A stretch of 64,000 nucleotides of DNA, taken from positions 1,302,001 through 1,366,000 of the forward strand of contig JBHGNT010000017.1 in the NCBI GenBank assembly GCA_043228905.1. Direction: 5' to 3'. The notes below the pieces were generated by a model. It did not search any database. It was not told the DNA's origin and saw only the letters and a list, made by a program, of their open reading frames with translations. The DNA is from Azolla caroliniana. Taxonomy: Eukaryota; Plantae; Polypodiophyta. Below, piece after piece: positions 1 to 13,171 of this stretch (within the stretch, counting starts at the first letter, position 1; each line of letters starts with the position of its first letter). Position numbers and translations under genes: made by a program.

Positions 1-75
1 AATTTGCTTTGTCCATCTGACGTTTAACAGGTGAGTGTGCCAAAGAGAATACTCATTTCTATTTTTGAATTATAG

Positions 76-1840
76 GAATGAGAAGACCATCTTGGAACAA
101 GTCACAGGCAATCCAGCAAGTGCTTTCCCTCAAAGGATTGTTCGATGATTGCAAGGATGAGAATGAAAATGGTCCAAAGAAGCTATCTAAAGAATCTGCT
201 GTCAACCCGAAATCTGCTACCATGCACGATAAGAGACTAATGTCTACGTTACCACAGGTTTTTGCTAAATATAGAATGTTGAGTTTCTGATTCTTTATGG
301 ACAAATTTGCTATTAAATCAATTTCAATACACTCAAAGTTAATATTAAGTCAAATCAGTCTCAGTGCATTTAAATTTTGTGTTTGAAAAATCCATTCTTT
401 TGTTCAAATCTTATATTTCTTTGAGAATCCATTTTAGCATATTTGAAATTTTTATTTCATTGAAATCTTTTCCCGTACATTTTGAACAATTTTGTAGAAA
501 CTCATTTCTTTACATAATTTTGTTTTGATATTTCTCTGAAACTGTTATTTAAAACAGCCTGATTCATTATGGACATCTATATATTATATTTATTTAAATT
601 AAAATATGCCGACTTAACAGTTGTTGCTGAAGTAGTGAAAATTTCCACTTGCCATAGGTGAATGGAATGGGTCAAGAAACTTGTGTAAATTCCTCGACGA
701 TATTGGAAAAACATGGTCACAGTAATGACCAGAATTTCTACTACCAATCAACTTCCTCTGGAGTCTCTCAGGCATCTGGGAGATTCCTAAGGAATCTACA
801 TGCCAACACACATTCTCATGATAAAACGGTTGGAATGACAGGGGAACAATATGAGAAGAACCATGTGTATCCTGGAAACACTTGTGCAGAATGTGCTAGG
901 TAAGTTATTCTAGGTTGTGCCATAAGTATGTTTCTAGATATGTCACTTTTCACCATCCGCTATTAATTGAAGCATTCATAATTATGTCAAGATAAGTGCA
1001 GGCTATCTACAAGGCATCCATCTCCACAGCTCACTATATTTTATTCGGGATCAGTCAATGTTTATGATAACATCCCAGCTGACAAGGTGTGCATACCAGA
1101 GGCAATACAAATAAGTGGGTTCTATGTGTGTTTTTGTGCTCTATTTTGTTCACGCAAAATATATACTCTATTTTTTCAATTTTTTAGGCACAAGCTATAA
1201 TGTTGCTAGCAGCAAGTGGGGATTGTTTGAAACATACACCATGTTCGCACAATGTCTCTAAAGATAAGATGATGTTGAATGCGCCTTTTGCTGCAAATGA
1301 TAGCTCTGTTAGTGATTTTCAATCATCAAAACTTTTGTACAATCCACTCACAATACCTTCACAGACAACGTCGCTCACAAGCCCATCATCATCTGTCTCT
1401 CTCTCTATATCACAAGGCCTAAGGGCTACAATAAGTTCAGGTATAAGGTTCTGAAATGTTTATTGAGAAGACCACCAAAATATGCCTTAACTTTTATTCT
1501 TATTTACCATAATACCTCTCAAGTTTTGATGATCTCAATACCACCCTCTAGTATTGGTTTTTACTATTACAGATGGGGTATTCTGGTTAACATTTGAAAA
1601 CTTTTAGGGGTATGCAGATAAGTATCTCTTATTTGGTATACTGCATTCTTATCTTACCTCTGTCTTTGTCAATAGAGCATCCACCGCCATCTAGAGAGGC
1701 AAGTGTACAGCGATACTTGGAGAAGCGGCGAGAGAGGTATGTGTTGGTGTTTTGTGCTTTTGCAAAGATAACTACTTATTGCATTTATGATTGAATAGAA
1801 TTTGTGTCACGTTAGGTATCATCGTCACAGAGCTCCTTGA
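76..1840 (+). CDS. PPD: PEAPOD (TIFY4)-like TIFY protein, 5'-partial; exons 76-257, 658-899, 1002-1086, 1188-1440, 1676-1736, 1816-1840
   Basis: PPD-domain tail GMRRPSWNKSQAIQQVLSLK, TIFY motif QLTIFYSGSVNVYDNIPADK|AQAIMLLA, Jas-like motif SREASVQRYLEKRRER. All junctions are GT-AG with consistent phases; stop TGA at 1838-1840. The first coding exon lies upstream of the window. Confidence 0.88.
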
Positions 1841-2171
1841 ATCGATGAATGAATTGGTGAATGCACGAATGAATAAAAGAAAACATACGCCGAAAGTACC
1901 CAAAGAGATCCTACAAAAGTGAACAACTGTTAATATTATTCACTTTCTTCCTCTATGTAGGGGGGAGTTCACATATTTGCCGAGCTTGTATTCACGAAAA
2001 TGGAGTTGATAATGGCTTCTGCTGGTCGGCTCAAGGGACTCGGAAGCTCGACCTGCAATCTTTGTGTAATTGTATGCAGCATTCATTTTCTTTATTATTT
2101 ATTATGAGTTGCAGTTATTGCTAATGCATGGAAACAATTGAGCTCGTGGGCAACTAAAATGATCAGTCTTT

Positions 2172-2202
2172 CCCTAAACCCAAATCCTAAACCCTAAACC
2201 CT
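2172..2202. repeat. Short degenerate CCCTAAA (telo-box / interstitial telomere-like) cluster
   Basis: ccctaaacccaaatcctaaaccctaaaccct. Confidence 0.6.
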
Positions 2203-3036
2203 CTGTTATCTAATCAACATGGCAACTTTAGTAATACTCCATAAGGCATGTCAGAAACAAACCTTCCGGTGTGAGATTGCAAATAAATTTTTACCGGTGT
2301 TTTGAGTAGTATCATATAATTTTGGAATATCAAATAAATTTTTCTTATGATTAGTTTGAAATCCTTTTGGAGACGGAAAGTGAAACAGATATATATGTGC
2401 CTAAATTTCATACCTTGCGCCGGACATTTGCCAGATCTTCTGATGCATTTTTATTCATCTGCATTTTTTAGCGCACATTCTCATTATACCATTACAAATA
2501 GCATTATGTATGAGCAAGATGGCTTAAATAATCAAATGGTTTCTCTCTCTATATATGGTATTGAAAGCGTAATAAATGTCGGGCATTTGGTAGGCAGTAC
2601 TGAAACTGGTGACAATGGTAACAACCAGTTCAATGAGCAATAATATGCCACACTAAATTTCTCTATCTCTCTCTCTCTCTAAATGTGTTTGCAAGTTTTG
2701 AACACAAGACCAACCAAAAAGATCAAGAGTGGTTTGGAGGACTTTATCTTTTACTTCCGAGTACTCCAACAGGTTGTAGGAGAGAATGTTTATGAGTGAG
2801 CCTTAGTTGTGCAATGATATACATATTGGGATTGATTATCCTTCATATGTTGCATATGTGGTGTTGTGCTTGCACACTATCCTCACCACCAATGTAGTCA
2901 ACAAATGATTGCATAAAAGAAATATTGCTTCATGTTTCTATAAATTTTCTCTTGGTCATAGAATTGTGCTCATTTCACAGAACCATAATTTCTTTTGCTT
3001 TTTCATCTTTGAACAAGATTGTCCGATATTTTGCTT

Positions 3037-3073
<37 letters not shown>

Positions 3074-6000
3074 AATTTGCATCAATAAATAGTCTATCCA
3101 GTTTAGATGTGTAGATGAATCAAAGTAATTGGTTATTGAAAAATTTTACTTTGTTTGGAATTAGCATGATTTGATATTGATGCCTTCAGATCTTGATTAA
3201 TGCCAATCACACATGTGTTGGAAGCCAAATGGTGTTAAGTAATGTCCAACAGAGACATTCATTGCGTCACAAAATAATTTATCAACATTCCTTCCTACAA
3301 TTTATATTGAAACAGGAAGCATGAACTCCAATAATTACATATTGATTTGATATCAATTCTCAATCAATGACGTTTTGTAACATTGGTGTCAATGAGACTG
3401 GGGTTCGTATCCATTTCCCTTACCAATCAATACTTATTGGCACTCAATTTGTGTTGATTGGTAGAATCGGACGTGTGACACCATTGCATGTTAATTTGTG
3501 CACACATTCAACATTTAAGTAGCTAATCGTTAATAAAACAAATATCACCTCAATTATGCAGCCAAATTATAGAGATTGATAGTAGTTGGTCTTATTCATA
3601 TGGACAACTCACACAAATGGACAACGCTTTACGTCTAGTTGATGGCCATGTCACAACACACTTTATGTCTAGTTGATGAGCAATGTCACTATTTATATGC
3701 CTTTTCTCACAATATTGAAATCGACAACAATGGTCAATTGATCAAAGCTGATTATTACATAGTGTTTCTATATACTTTACTTGTGTATAGGCATCTTTAG
3801 TTTCTATGAGGCATAAATCTTTTGAACATATCCGAATTGAGAGTGATATGTGTAGACAAATTCAAGGTGTCATCATGTGTATGACTCATGAGTCATGAGC
3901 CACATATCCCCAACTATATATATATATATATATATATATCCAACAAGAATATTCTTGCATGTGTGCCTATGACTAAAAACTTGAATCATTGGTTGTCACA
4001 AGCTTAATGACTTACTAAAGTAGATATACTACCCTTGCATGTCCTAGGCATGCTGGTTACAAAATGTACCATGTCCCGATGATAATGTTGAAGGAAAGTT
4101 TACTAAAGCTTTCGTAAATGATTTCTCGTTTCAGTTGGATTTTTACGTGCATGGTTAAGATCCTCCGGAAATGTCAAGATTCTCTACATTAAACAACAGC
4201 ACCATGCTTGTAGTTAAGACTATAGCAATAAATGCAAAAAGATTGTGGTCTACATATGACGAGGTGGTTACATGATAGAATGTTTATTCCGTTTTTACAT
4301 TGGAATCGGCAAACACCAACTAACCTTGAAATTGATTGATTTTCAATAATATGTTGCCATTAATCTTATTACATGGTGATGTGCATATTAAAGGTTAAAA
4401 GGTAGTCAATGAATACTATAGCACACACACATATTGAAGTGGGATGAGATTTTACAAAATGGTAATATTAAGTCATTAAGTGAGGCCAAGTTTTGTTAGC
4501 AACGCCAATGAGTATTGGGAGCAAGGAAACCATGAAACAAGTTCAATTTGTTGCTGTCTATGCATCACTTTCGGGGAGAGCAATAATGTATGAGTCTGTC
4601 CTTTATAAAGACATCAATATAGTAAAGTAAATGCTCGAAACTTGCGCGTCTTTATATGTACACCTAGAACTTTTGTTTACAAATGACATGCTACTTAAGC
4701 TTTCGTAAAGCTATAAATAGTCACATGCCTCAAGTGATTTGATCACAATGCATATCTAGTTAGCCTTAAGAGTAATGTCAGGGTTTCCACTTTGAATGTT
4801 TGTGGAAATATATGTTGATGTTGTAATGCATTCTATAGATACACACAGTTCTTGTGCATGATCTCAAACTTCAATTATGAAGTGTTTTTTTTTTATATTG
4901 AATGCAACATGAGCCCCACTGACTCCGACTATACAATCATGTTTGTGTATTAAAAGTTTCGAATTTCAATAATGTGACTTTGTAAATATAAGTAATCGAG
5001 TGTGGGGTCGTCCAATGCCTCTTATCTTGTGTATAAAGACATCACTTTCACATTTCGCTTTAGTGCACCCAAGCCAAAATCAATAGGCATATGTTAATTT
5101 GTGCGCACAAAATACTTATTTTTTTCAATTGATTTATCCTGTACCGCAAAATGATATTCATGATACAAAATTCAAGAAACTTGAAAGTATGATCTTAAAT
5201 CCATATAAGTTATCACTCTGAATAAAGAGCGAGAGAAATTTAGCTGAATGTTTATGTAACTAATTCTTGTACAAGTCTTTACTAACTAATGGGTCCACAC
5301 TCCACAAAATATGTACGGCACAATAATCTTCTTAATAAGACATTTGAACATATAATAATCTTGTTTGTGAGTCGTGAGACTTCATAGTTCAACCTTTTTT
5401 GTTTGAACTATATTGTACATGGCCACATGTGTATAATAGTGTGGTTGTTTCTTCTCACATGTTTTCATGTGTTATCATATGTTTCTAACTTTTTAGTATA
5501 TTGTTGTAGATCCTACACTTAAAAGTGTATTGAAAATAGGCAAACCTAAACGTGTTTCGTCACTCTTGTCTTCTGTGGATGCATTCCAAATGCAATCTTT
5601 AATCAAACTTGTCACCTTATCACACATACTAGCAAGGTACTTCTTCTAATTGACCCAACTAAATTTACCTGATGAATATATTACTCTAATAGTTATCCAT
5701 ACAATACTAGTAGAGCAAGATAATTCAATACATGACTACTTTCCAACGGAGAAAACTACCCCGCCGACCCTCATGTTTTTGCTATAATTTAACCATATAA
5801 GGTCAAATTTTATAATGAATAAGTGGAATATTTCAAGCTATATTTCTTCTCTTACGTACCATCATTTACAATGAGTATCGTGTTCCAGCAGCATGCAAAC
5901 ATTTCTATACATTGGAGCATGATCGCATCCATTTCATCCTAGTTTTTGGAATGGAGCTAGAAACTCTTTTCCTTACTTGCTTGGATAATAGAAAGGCTTC

Positions 6001-7081
6001 AATCATTCTATCTAGGGTACATGCATTCTAGCACAAGCAAAGCTTGATGTGGTCATCTTTTGGGAACCTTGTCATGTTAAACACAATGGCTTTGGCCTCC
6101 AAACTACTTCCATCTTTATCTGTTTGGCCAATGAACCATATGATGCTAATTGGGGTTGTACACAAGGATACAAAAACAAAATGCAAATGGCGGAAATCAA
6201 GCTTTTTCACTACAAACATAAGAAAGTCATGTGAATGTGAATAGCCAAAATGAGATCCTACAACCAAGCCTATTAAGTATTGGGTCCTTTTTGTCATCTA
6301 CTCAAAGAAGAATTTAAGATTGAGTAGCTAATAAAACGTCTACAACTCTCGAGAATGATAAAAAAGGAAGAAGCAAGGGAGTTTGTTTACTATCCTTACA
6401 AATGCAAAAGAGGGAAAATACACACCTTGATAAAAGGAATCTTGGTGTGTGTTTGGATAATGATGTTCTTGGGTTTCAAAAGGTAAAGTTTGATGGCAAT
6501 AATAGTAATGAAAGGATTTGGAGAGGACCATATTGAAAACCACATATACAATGTACGCATGAAACTAAATTCAAGTGCTTCTTGGTACTTTTTACCTTTA
6601 AAGACTATACATTTGTCATATCGAACTCATATAGAGGAACTACCTCAAGACTCAAGATTGTTACAATAGGGCACAAGTTATATAAAGATGCCCTCGACAA
6701 ATTGTCAAGGTGCATGTACCCTCATGACCCAAATGTTAATGCAAATCATGGTAAAATGTATGGATGCATTCATGGCAATGCTAAAGTAACCAAACAGATA
6801 TACTCTTAAGATGAAAACAACTTCAATGTTCAGCATATTCTTCAATGTAGAGAGAAACTATGGAAAGCTGCCAATCGTATTGATCGTGAAAATGCGACTA
6901 TGGATAAGTTTGTAAAAGGAGACTTTTTTACAACGTAAGTTACAATATTTCTTGTTGCTTTGTACAATAAGAAACAAAATGTTGTCTATGACATGATTAA
7001 CGAAAAGGATTTTATCCAACTTGTGTTGTATTGTGAAGTCTTCCTCGCAGTCAACAAATTCCCCTTTAAATTCAAATTTGT

Positions 7082-7082
<1 letters not shown>

Positions 7083-7136
<54 letters not shown>
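7083..7136. repeat. Compound (CT)n(CA)n microsatellite
   Basis: Directly visible. Other microsatellites occur at about 3039-3070 (TG), 29072-29126 (GA), 39958-39996 (CT), 49639-49709 (CT) and 61382-61432 (TG/GA). Confidence 0.95.
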
Positions 7137-7137
<1 letters not shown>

Positions 7138-7965
7138 TCCTAAGTGACCACCTAGAAGGTTGAGCTCATATGTGTATGCATTAAGACATCAAGACTTTGT
7201 GATGCGAAGGATGAATAGCTCTTCCTAGGAAGAAGACACACATTGAGAAAATTTGCCTACCTAGGTCCCAGTAGTCAATATTGGCCTTTGTAAGTTAACC
7301 TCTCTCTCTCTCTCTCTCTCTCTGTAGTGCACAAACATGCCAATAGAAGGAAGATGCATTGACAAGATTAGTCACTTGTTTCACCCAAAAAGGTATTACA
7401 TTGTTTCAACAAATATTGACAAAGAAACACCTCTATATTTGTAAAGAAAGAAAAAAACTTAGTAAGTGCTCGTGATGGACTTTGTTATCCACATGAAAAG
7501 ATAATGCATAGAAAATGCCATGACTCTATTATACAAGTGAAATACTTGTTCAGCCATGACTATTATTACAACACATCAGATGACCTGTATCGGAGACATT
7601 GTGGAGGTGGCCAGGTATATCCATCCCATCATATGCATGAGTCCAAAAATGTCAAACCTTAAAAAATTGTCTATAAGCTTTCCTATCCATGCACGATCAT
7701 TACCAGTACATACAAAAACCTTTTACACACTCCAATTGCAAGGTTACAGATCAATCAATCCCAAAACTAAATCTCTCATAGACGCAAACCATATACACAA
7801 AATGATGTAAATTTCGGAACATTCAGGGTGAAAAGAGAATATGCCAAAAACTTAAAACCCTTTAACAGTGGTTGTTGGAGGCATTTGTGATATTCAAGCC
7901 CCTGAGATTGATAGGTTTTACGACTTTGACTTTGCATAACATAAGTAGGGACAGAGAGAGAATGA

Positions 7966-10702
7966 TCAAAGTATGTATACACAAGAAGGGTTATCTGTGC
8001 GTGGACCCGCAATGGTTCTATATAGGTAAAGCTTCTCCACATTGCCTTTATTGTGAGAAGAGCTTTGCTTTTCGCTTGGGAAGTTACTATCATCTTCAAT
8101 GATCACCTCCACACTTAGTAAAGGCATTTGCGATGCGAGCAATTTACATGCCGCAAAGGATACATCACATGCAGACATCCAAAGCGATCTCATCTCATAG
8201 TACTTGCCTAAACCAGACAAGACCCCAATATCACCAAAAGGGCAATCCCGAATCTCAAGTTTCTGTAGACTTGTACAACCTCGCATTAAATGATCCATAG
8301 AAATCCCAGTATCCCCAACAAACGCCAATGACAATGACCTCATTTTCTTGGCGTACTTTCCTATTAGCTCGAACGCTCGATCCGTCAATAAGCCTGAGAC
8401 AGATAGGCGGCGTAGGTGTGAGCAGGACCTTACAATGGCACCGAAACCCTCATCCATTGGTTGCTTGGTGACATAATCTGGTTCCCAGCGCTTCATGATG
8501 CAAAGGCGGAAATGGGTCATTTTTGGGCAATTCATTGCAAACTCCTTCATTGCTGCATTCGTCATTTGGTTGCAAAAGAAAAGTATGTACCGAAGATCTC
8601 TGCAATGGCGTGAAATGGTCACCATGCCTTTCTCTGTGACCAAGCTCCGAGATGTATCAGAAGGAACAACTCGTAACTCTTGAAGCTTCTCGCATGTCAC
8701 CGCTACCGCCTCTAAGCCTCGGTCTTCCACAAGATCTTGAACCTGAGAAAAAAAGAAAGAAGAAGGGTTAATTTACTTACCAAACTAACATGTATGATTA
8801 GCATATGAATTTTCTTTGAGGAACTGATAGGAAAATAAGGCGTTTCATGTACAGCTATAGTCTAAACATAGACCTAGAATTAGGGTTTTATGTTTGGTGT
8901 ATACATATACAAGCGTAAATACACATTATGACGCCACAACCATGCTCTTTTGACAAATAGAAAGAAAGAAAGCAAATCTTACCCAGAGGCATTCAAGTAA
9001 ATGGCATTGGCTGATCAACCGGACAAAGTCGAGGCTAGCAATGGTTGAGTCACTGAGGTTTAAGTTCCGAAGGTTACTACACAAAGGGAACATTAGAGGC
9101 AAGAATTGTGGAACAACCTCCCATAACCCAGACAGTGCCCTGACACTCTTGCAACTTTCAAACAGACTAGCAATTTGATATATGCCTTTCCCATCCAAAT
9201 CTTGAACAAAAGACCCTATACCGAGCTCTTTGAAGCAAGGTCCACGGAGAAGTAGAAGACGTCGTAATTGATCCAATGTGATACCTCTGTTTAGCTTCAA
9301 CTTTTCGAGGCGTTCACACTTCGCCACTAGCCTTTCTAAGTCCCCAAAATTCACATCATTGCTAAAGTTTGTGAGGTTTAGAGAAGTTAGAGAGGTGAAG
9401 GTTTCTGGGAAAGCACTTAACCATTCACTACCTCGGTCATCTACTGTGCATTCTTGGACATCTAGCTCGGTCAGATTCCTGCATACACAACAAAATGGTG
9501 AGTGAACAAAGGACATAAATTTCTAGAATTACTTACAACCAAAAATGGCTAAGGTTCTATTAAACTTGTATCCCTACATAGATAGAAAAAAGTTGAGTGA
9601 TGTTGTTAACCTGGGAATCATGTCTTTTATACTATGGTTTAACATGAAAGAATATTGTTGATCGTCACGCTCGTGCCATTTTGACATTATAGTTAGTTTG
9701 GGATCAAAAAACAGAGCCAGTTTTACAGTAATACATTTTTGGAAGCAAAACTATCTATTTTACACCACCAAAATTGTGCCTTCCTAACAAGCGATAAAAA
9801 TGTGCCTTTTACACGATTACTTTCTCTTCTTTTAATGCTATATTTTTACCATCAAAGCAATACCTCTAAAATACTGTCATTTTTAGCCCCACTACAAACC
9901 TTCTACACTATAGTTTTAACATCAAAACCATGAATGCCCTCTAACACAACACGAAGGAACTCATTATATGAGTAATACACATAAAATAATAAATAAATAA
10001 AACCCACCTGCAGTTAGCTGCAATAGCTGCAAGACCATCTGTAGAGAAGCCATCACAGAAGACGAGAACAAGTGCACTAAAGTTAGGGAAGCTTCGTGAA
10101 ATAAATACCAAGCTTTCGTCGCTCACTGTCATTCTCTTAAGCCGAAGCTCCTCTAAATAAGGGGTGGTTCCCATGGCCAAATCATGTAGCCAAGGTAACA
10201 CATTAGCACCCCAATTAGTGGGAACTAAGTTAAAATCAGAAAACCTAGGTTTCCCCTTAAGGGTTAGTGATTTCAGATTCGGGAAACGTTTAGTTAAGAT
10301 GTGAGGTGAACACGAGTAACAATTGCCTATAAAGACATGTCTTCTGCTGCATTGATCTGCTTTGTACCAAGCTTTGCATACCAAAGAGATGGCGTTCCGG
10401 TCTCGATGGGAAGTTATGAAAGCGAGTACATGCTCCAGAACCTCATCAGGGAATGATGATGATGTCGTTGAATTTGATGATGGGCATGCTGATAATGGAC
10501 ATGGTGATGTGTTGGATATGGTACAGGATGACATGATACATGTTGCTGATGAAGAAAATGATGGGGATGGCACCGTACATGATGGTGTTGCTGCTGATGA
10601 ATCGGCGCCTCCATAGCATGTATTAAGGCTCTGAGAATGAGGTCTGAAAGGCGCTTCGCCTATGAAGCTAATCTGCTTCTCTGACATGTCCACACCTTGC
10701 AT
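7966..10702 (-). CDS. TIR1/AFB: TIR1/AFB auxin receptor F-box LRR protein, about 655 aa; exons 10702-10008, 9478-8983, 8742-7966
   Basis: F-box [10 protein letters not shown]...[13 protein letters not shown], then [47 protein letters not shown] and [12 protein letters not shown]. The three-exon structure is typical of the family. Ser/Cys-rich N-terminal extension of about 80 aa. Confidence 0.95.
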
Positions 10703-11527
10703 GAGTTATATATATATATATATATTATATGGAACGGGGAATGGGGTTCTAAATATAGGGTTTTGGTTTTTGTATGGATTATGCGTCCTGAGTTTCCAAT
10801 GAGAAATTTGGGTTTAAGATTTCCAATGGGGTCTAGATCTTAGGGTTTATTTAGGGTTTTTTGGTGTCGCTACGGATTGGTTTCGGAATTTAGGTTATGG
10901 GCTTATGGAGCTTTTATTAGGGTATCTTATTTGGGTATTTAGGGTTTCAGGGTTCCAAGGACAAGACAGTGCCGGTGTCTCCCAAGTGAAGGAAAACCTC
11001 AGTAACAAGAGAGATAAGGGCCTATTATGCACAGTGAATGTTGTATGTAGGAGGAGGTATAAAGAAGAAGAAGAAGAAGAAGAAGAAGCAGAAGAGTTGT
11101 CTTATTCTTGTTCTGTCTTGCTTATTTTCTTTTATTAAGCACAACAGATCAAAACAAGGCTGCAAATTCATGAATAATCATCCAAATTTCTTACACACAC
11201 ACATACATATAAAAAGAACTTTATACAAAATTATGTATATACAATATCTAAACCTTCTCAATTCCAATGCATACACAGAGCAAAACCTTCATTGTCCCTC
11301 TCTGCCTCTGCCTCTGCCTTTGTGAGAGACATCAAAAAGAAAAAGAAAATAAAACATTAGAAAAAGAAGTCCTCTGCCACTTTCTCAAAGTTTGGGCTTG
11401 CTTCACAGTTAACTTCATACATATATGTCTGTGTCTGTGTGTATCAGGCTATCATTGGAAAGCTCTGATAACTCCAGTAGCAATGTCACAGAGAGAAAGA
11501 GCTTCTTCTTAAAGGACAGAGAAATTT

Positions 11528-11553
11528 GGGGGGGGGGGGGGGGGGGGGGGGGG
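11528..11553. repeat. Poly-G tract (about 26 G) upstream of TIR1/AFB
   Basis: Uninterrupted G run in the sequence. Confidence 0.9.
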
Positions 11554-13136
11554 ACCAAATAGACCCTAGATATGAAAAAACAAAAAACAGAAAGAAGTGA
11601 TGAAAACCAAGGATCAATCAAATCACACAAGGTTTTTAGGAGGATAAAAACTGAAGAAACTTAGAGAAGAGTAAGAAAGACAAACTCCCCTGTTTCACCT
11701 CTGTTAGAGGAAAGAGGTATGTAATATGTATGTATGTGTATTGTATTGTATCATGTATGTAATTGTGTGTATTATGCATGTACCGTATGTATGCAATGTG
11801 TGTACATATTTCTGAATGTATGTATATGTATGCATGTATCTTTCTATTACATATGTGTGGATGCATGCATGCATGCATACTTCTATGTGTAGATGCCAAC
11901 GCATAAAACCAAAAACAAGTTCTACCTTAACCTTAAAAGGAGCAATACAAACTAGTAAAGGTGTCAAAAACAATAACCATGAGAAATGTGTGTGTGGCTT
12001 CTATACATAAACGAAGATAGCTTAGAAGCACAACACATTCATCTTCATCATCATTAGTTGTATGAGTGGTAGTCGTGGCAGTCTCATGGATAGGGTGAAT
12101 CAGGTATGTATGTATATGGACATATAGCGTAGAATAATAACTTTGTAGATTAACAAGAGAGAGGAAGTTTTGGGTATATCTAAGGAGATGTCATGAGCAA
12201 TGATATATAGAGAGAATGAGTGTGTATTTGCATGTGTAGAGAGAGAGAGAGAGAGAGAGAATGGAAAATCATCTCTATCTAGAGGAGGGTAGAGACATAC
12301 AGTGAATGGGATTTCACATTGAAGCTTGTATATAGGTTTCCTTGCTTGTGGAGGTGTGCTTTGGATGAGACATACATCACGAGTTTTCATTTAGCATATG
12401 TGCATAAGTTATCGTATATTATATTTATGTTCACAAACCACAAAGTTTCCTAGAACGCTTTGGGTATGTTGGCTTATAAAAAACCAAATATTGCATTGTG
12501 GAATATGAGAAGAATCAATGCTCTTAGATACTTGGTAGTGAAGCATGATGTATGTCAAATACATTGGTTATCATATGGAGTGAGGATAGGAATTAGTGTG
12601 ATGCTTCCCTAGACTCTTCCAAGGTTGTCGAGTAAGGAGGCATGCCTTCCTTGTTGTTTGGGGGTCATTCTCACATTTTCTTCCATTTCATTAATGATGA
12701 GACGTTGTATGTCGATAGACACTCTCCTCAATGGTTTCTACTTCATGGTCCTCCACAATGTTCACCATGGGTACTGTACTTCCTATCAAGTGTGTGTACA
12801 TGTCATCACTTTGTTTTTGTGTGATATCTCATAATTAGGCAAGACAAGTGATTCCCAGAACATTTTGCAAAAACCCTCGTGATTGTAATTTGTAGCTCAT
12901 GGGTATTATATGTGGTTGACATACCCATCTATATTCGTAATCCTCATCTCTCTCTCTCTCTCTCTCTCTTCTATTTAGGAAATCGAGACAAGTTGAGAGA
13001 GAGACAAGATTTCCTCTTCTTCGAGACATCCTTTATCTCTCTAGCCCTATGTCTCATGTTGTACATTCTGTGAATGTGAGTGTGCAAAAAGTGGAAGGGA
13101 ATCACAACAAATTAAAACCATTGTTCCCAACTTGCC

Positions 13137-13171
<35 letters not shown>

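Noticed and set aside
76-10702. TIFY/Jas gene next to an F-box LRR gene read as a linked COI1-JAZ module
   Set aside because: The F-box motifs are TIR1/AFB-type rather than COI1, and the TIFY gene is PEAPOD-type. The adjacency is probably chance.
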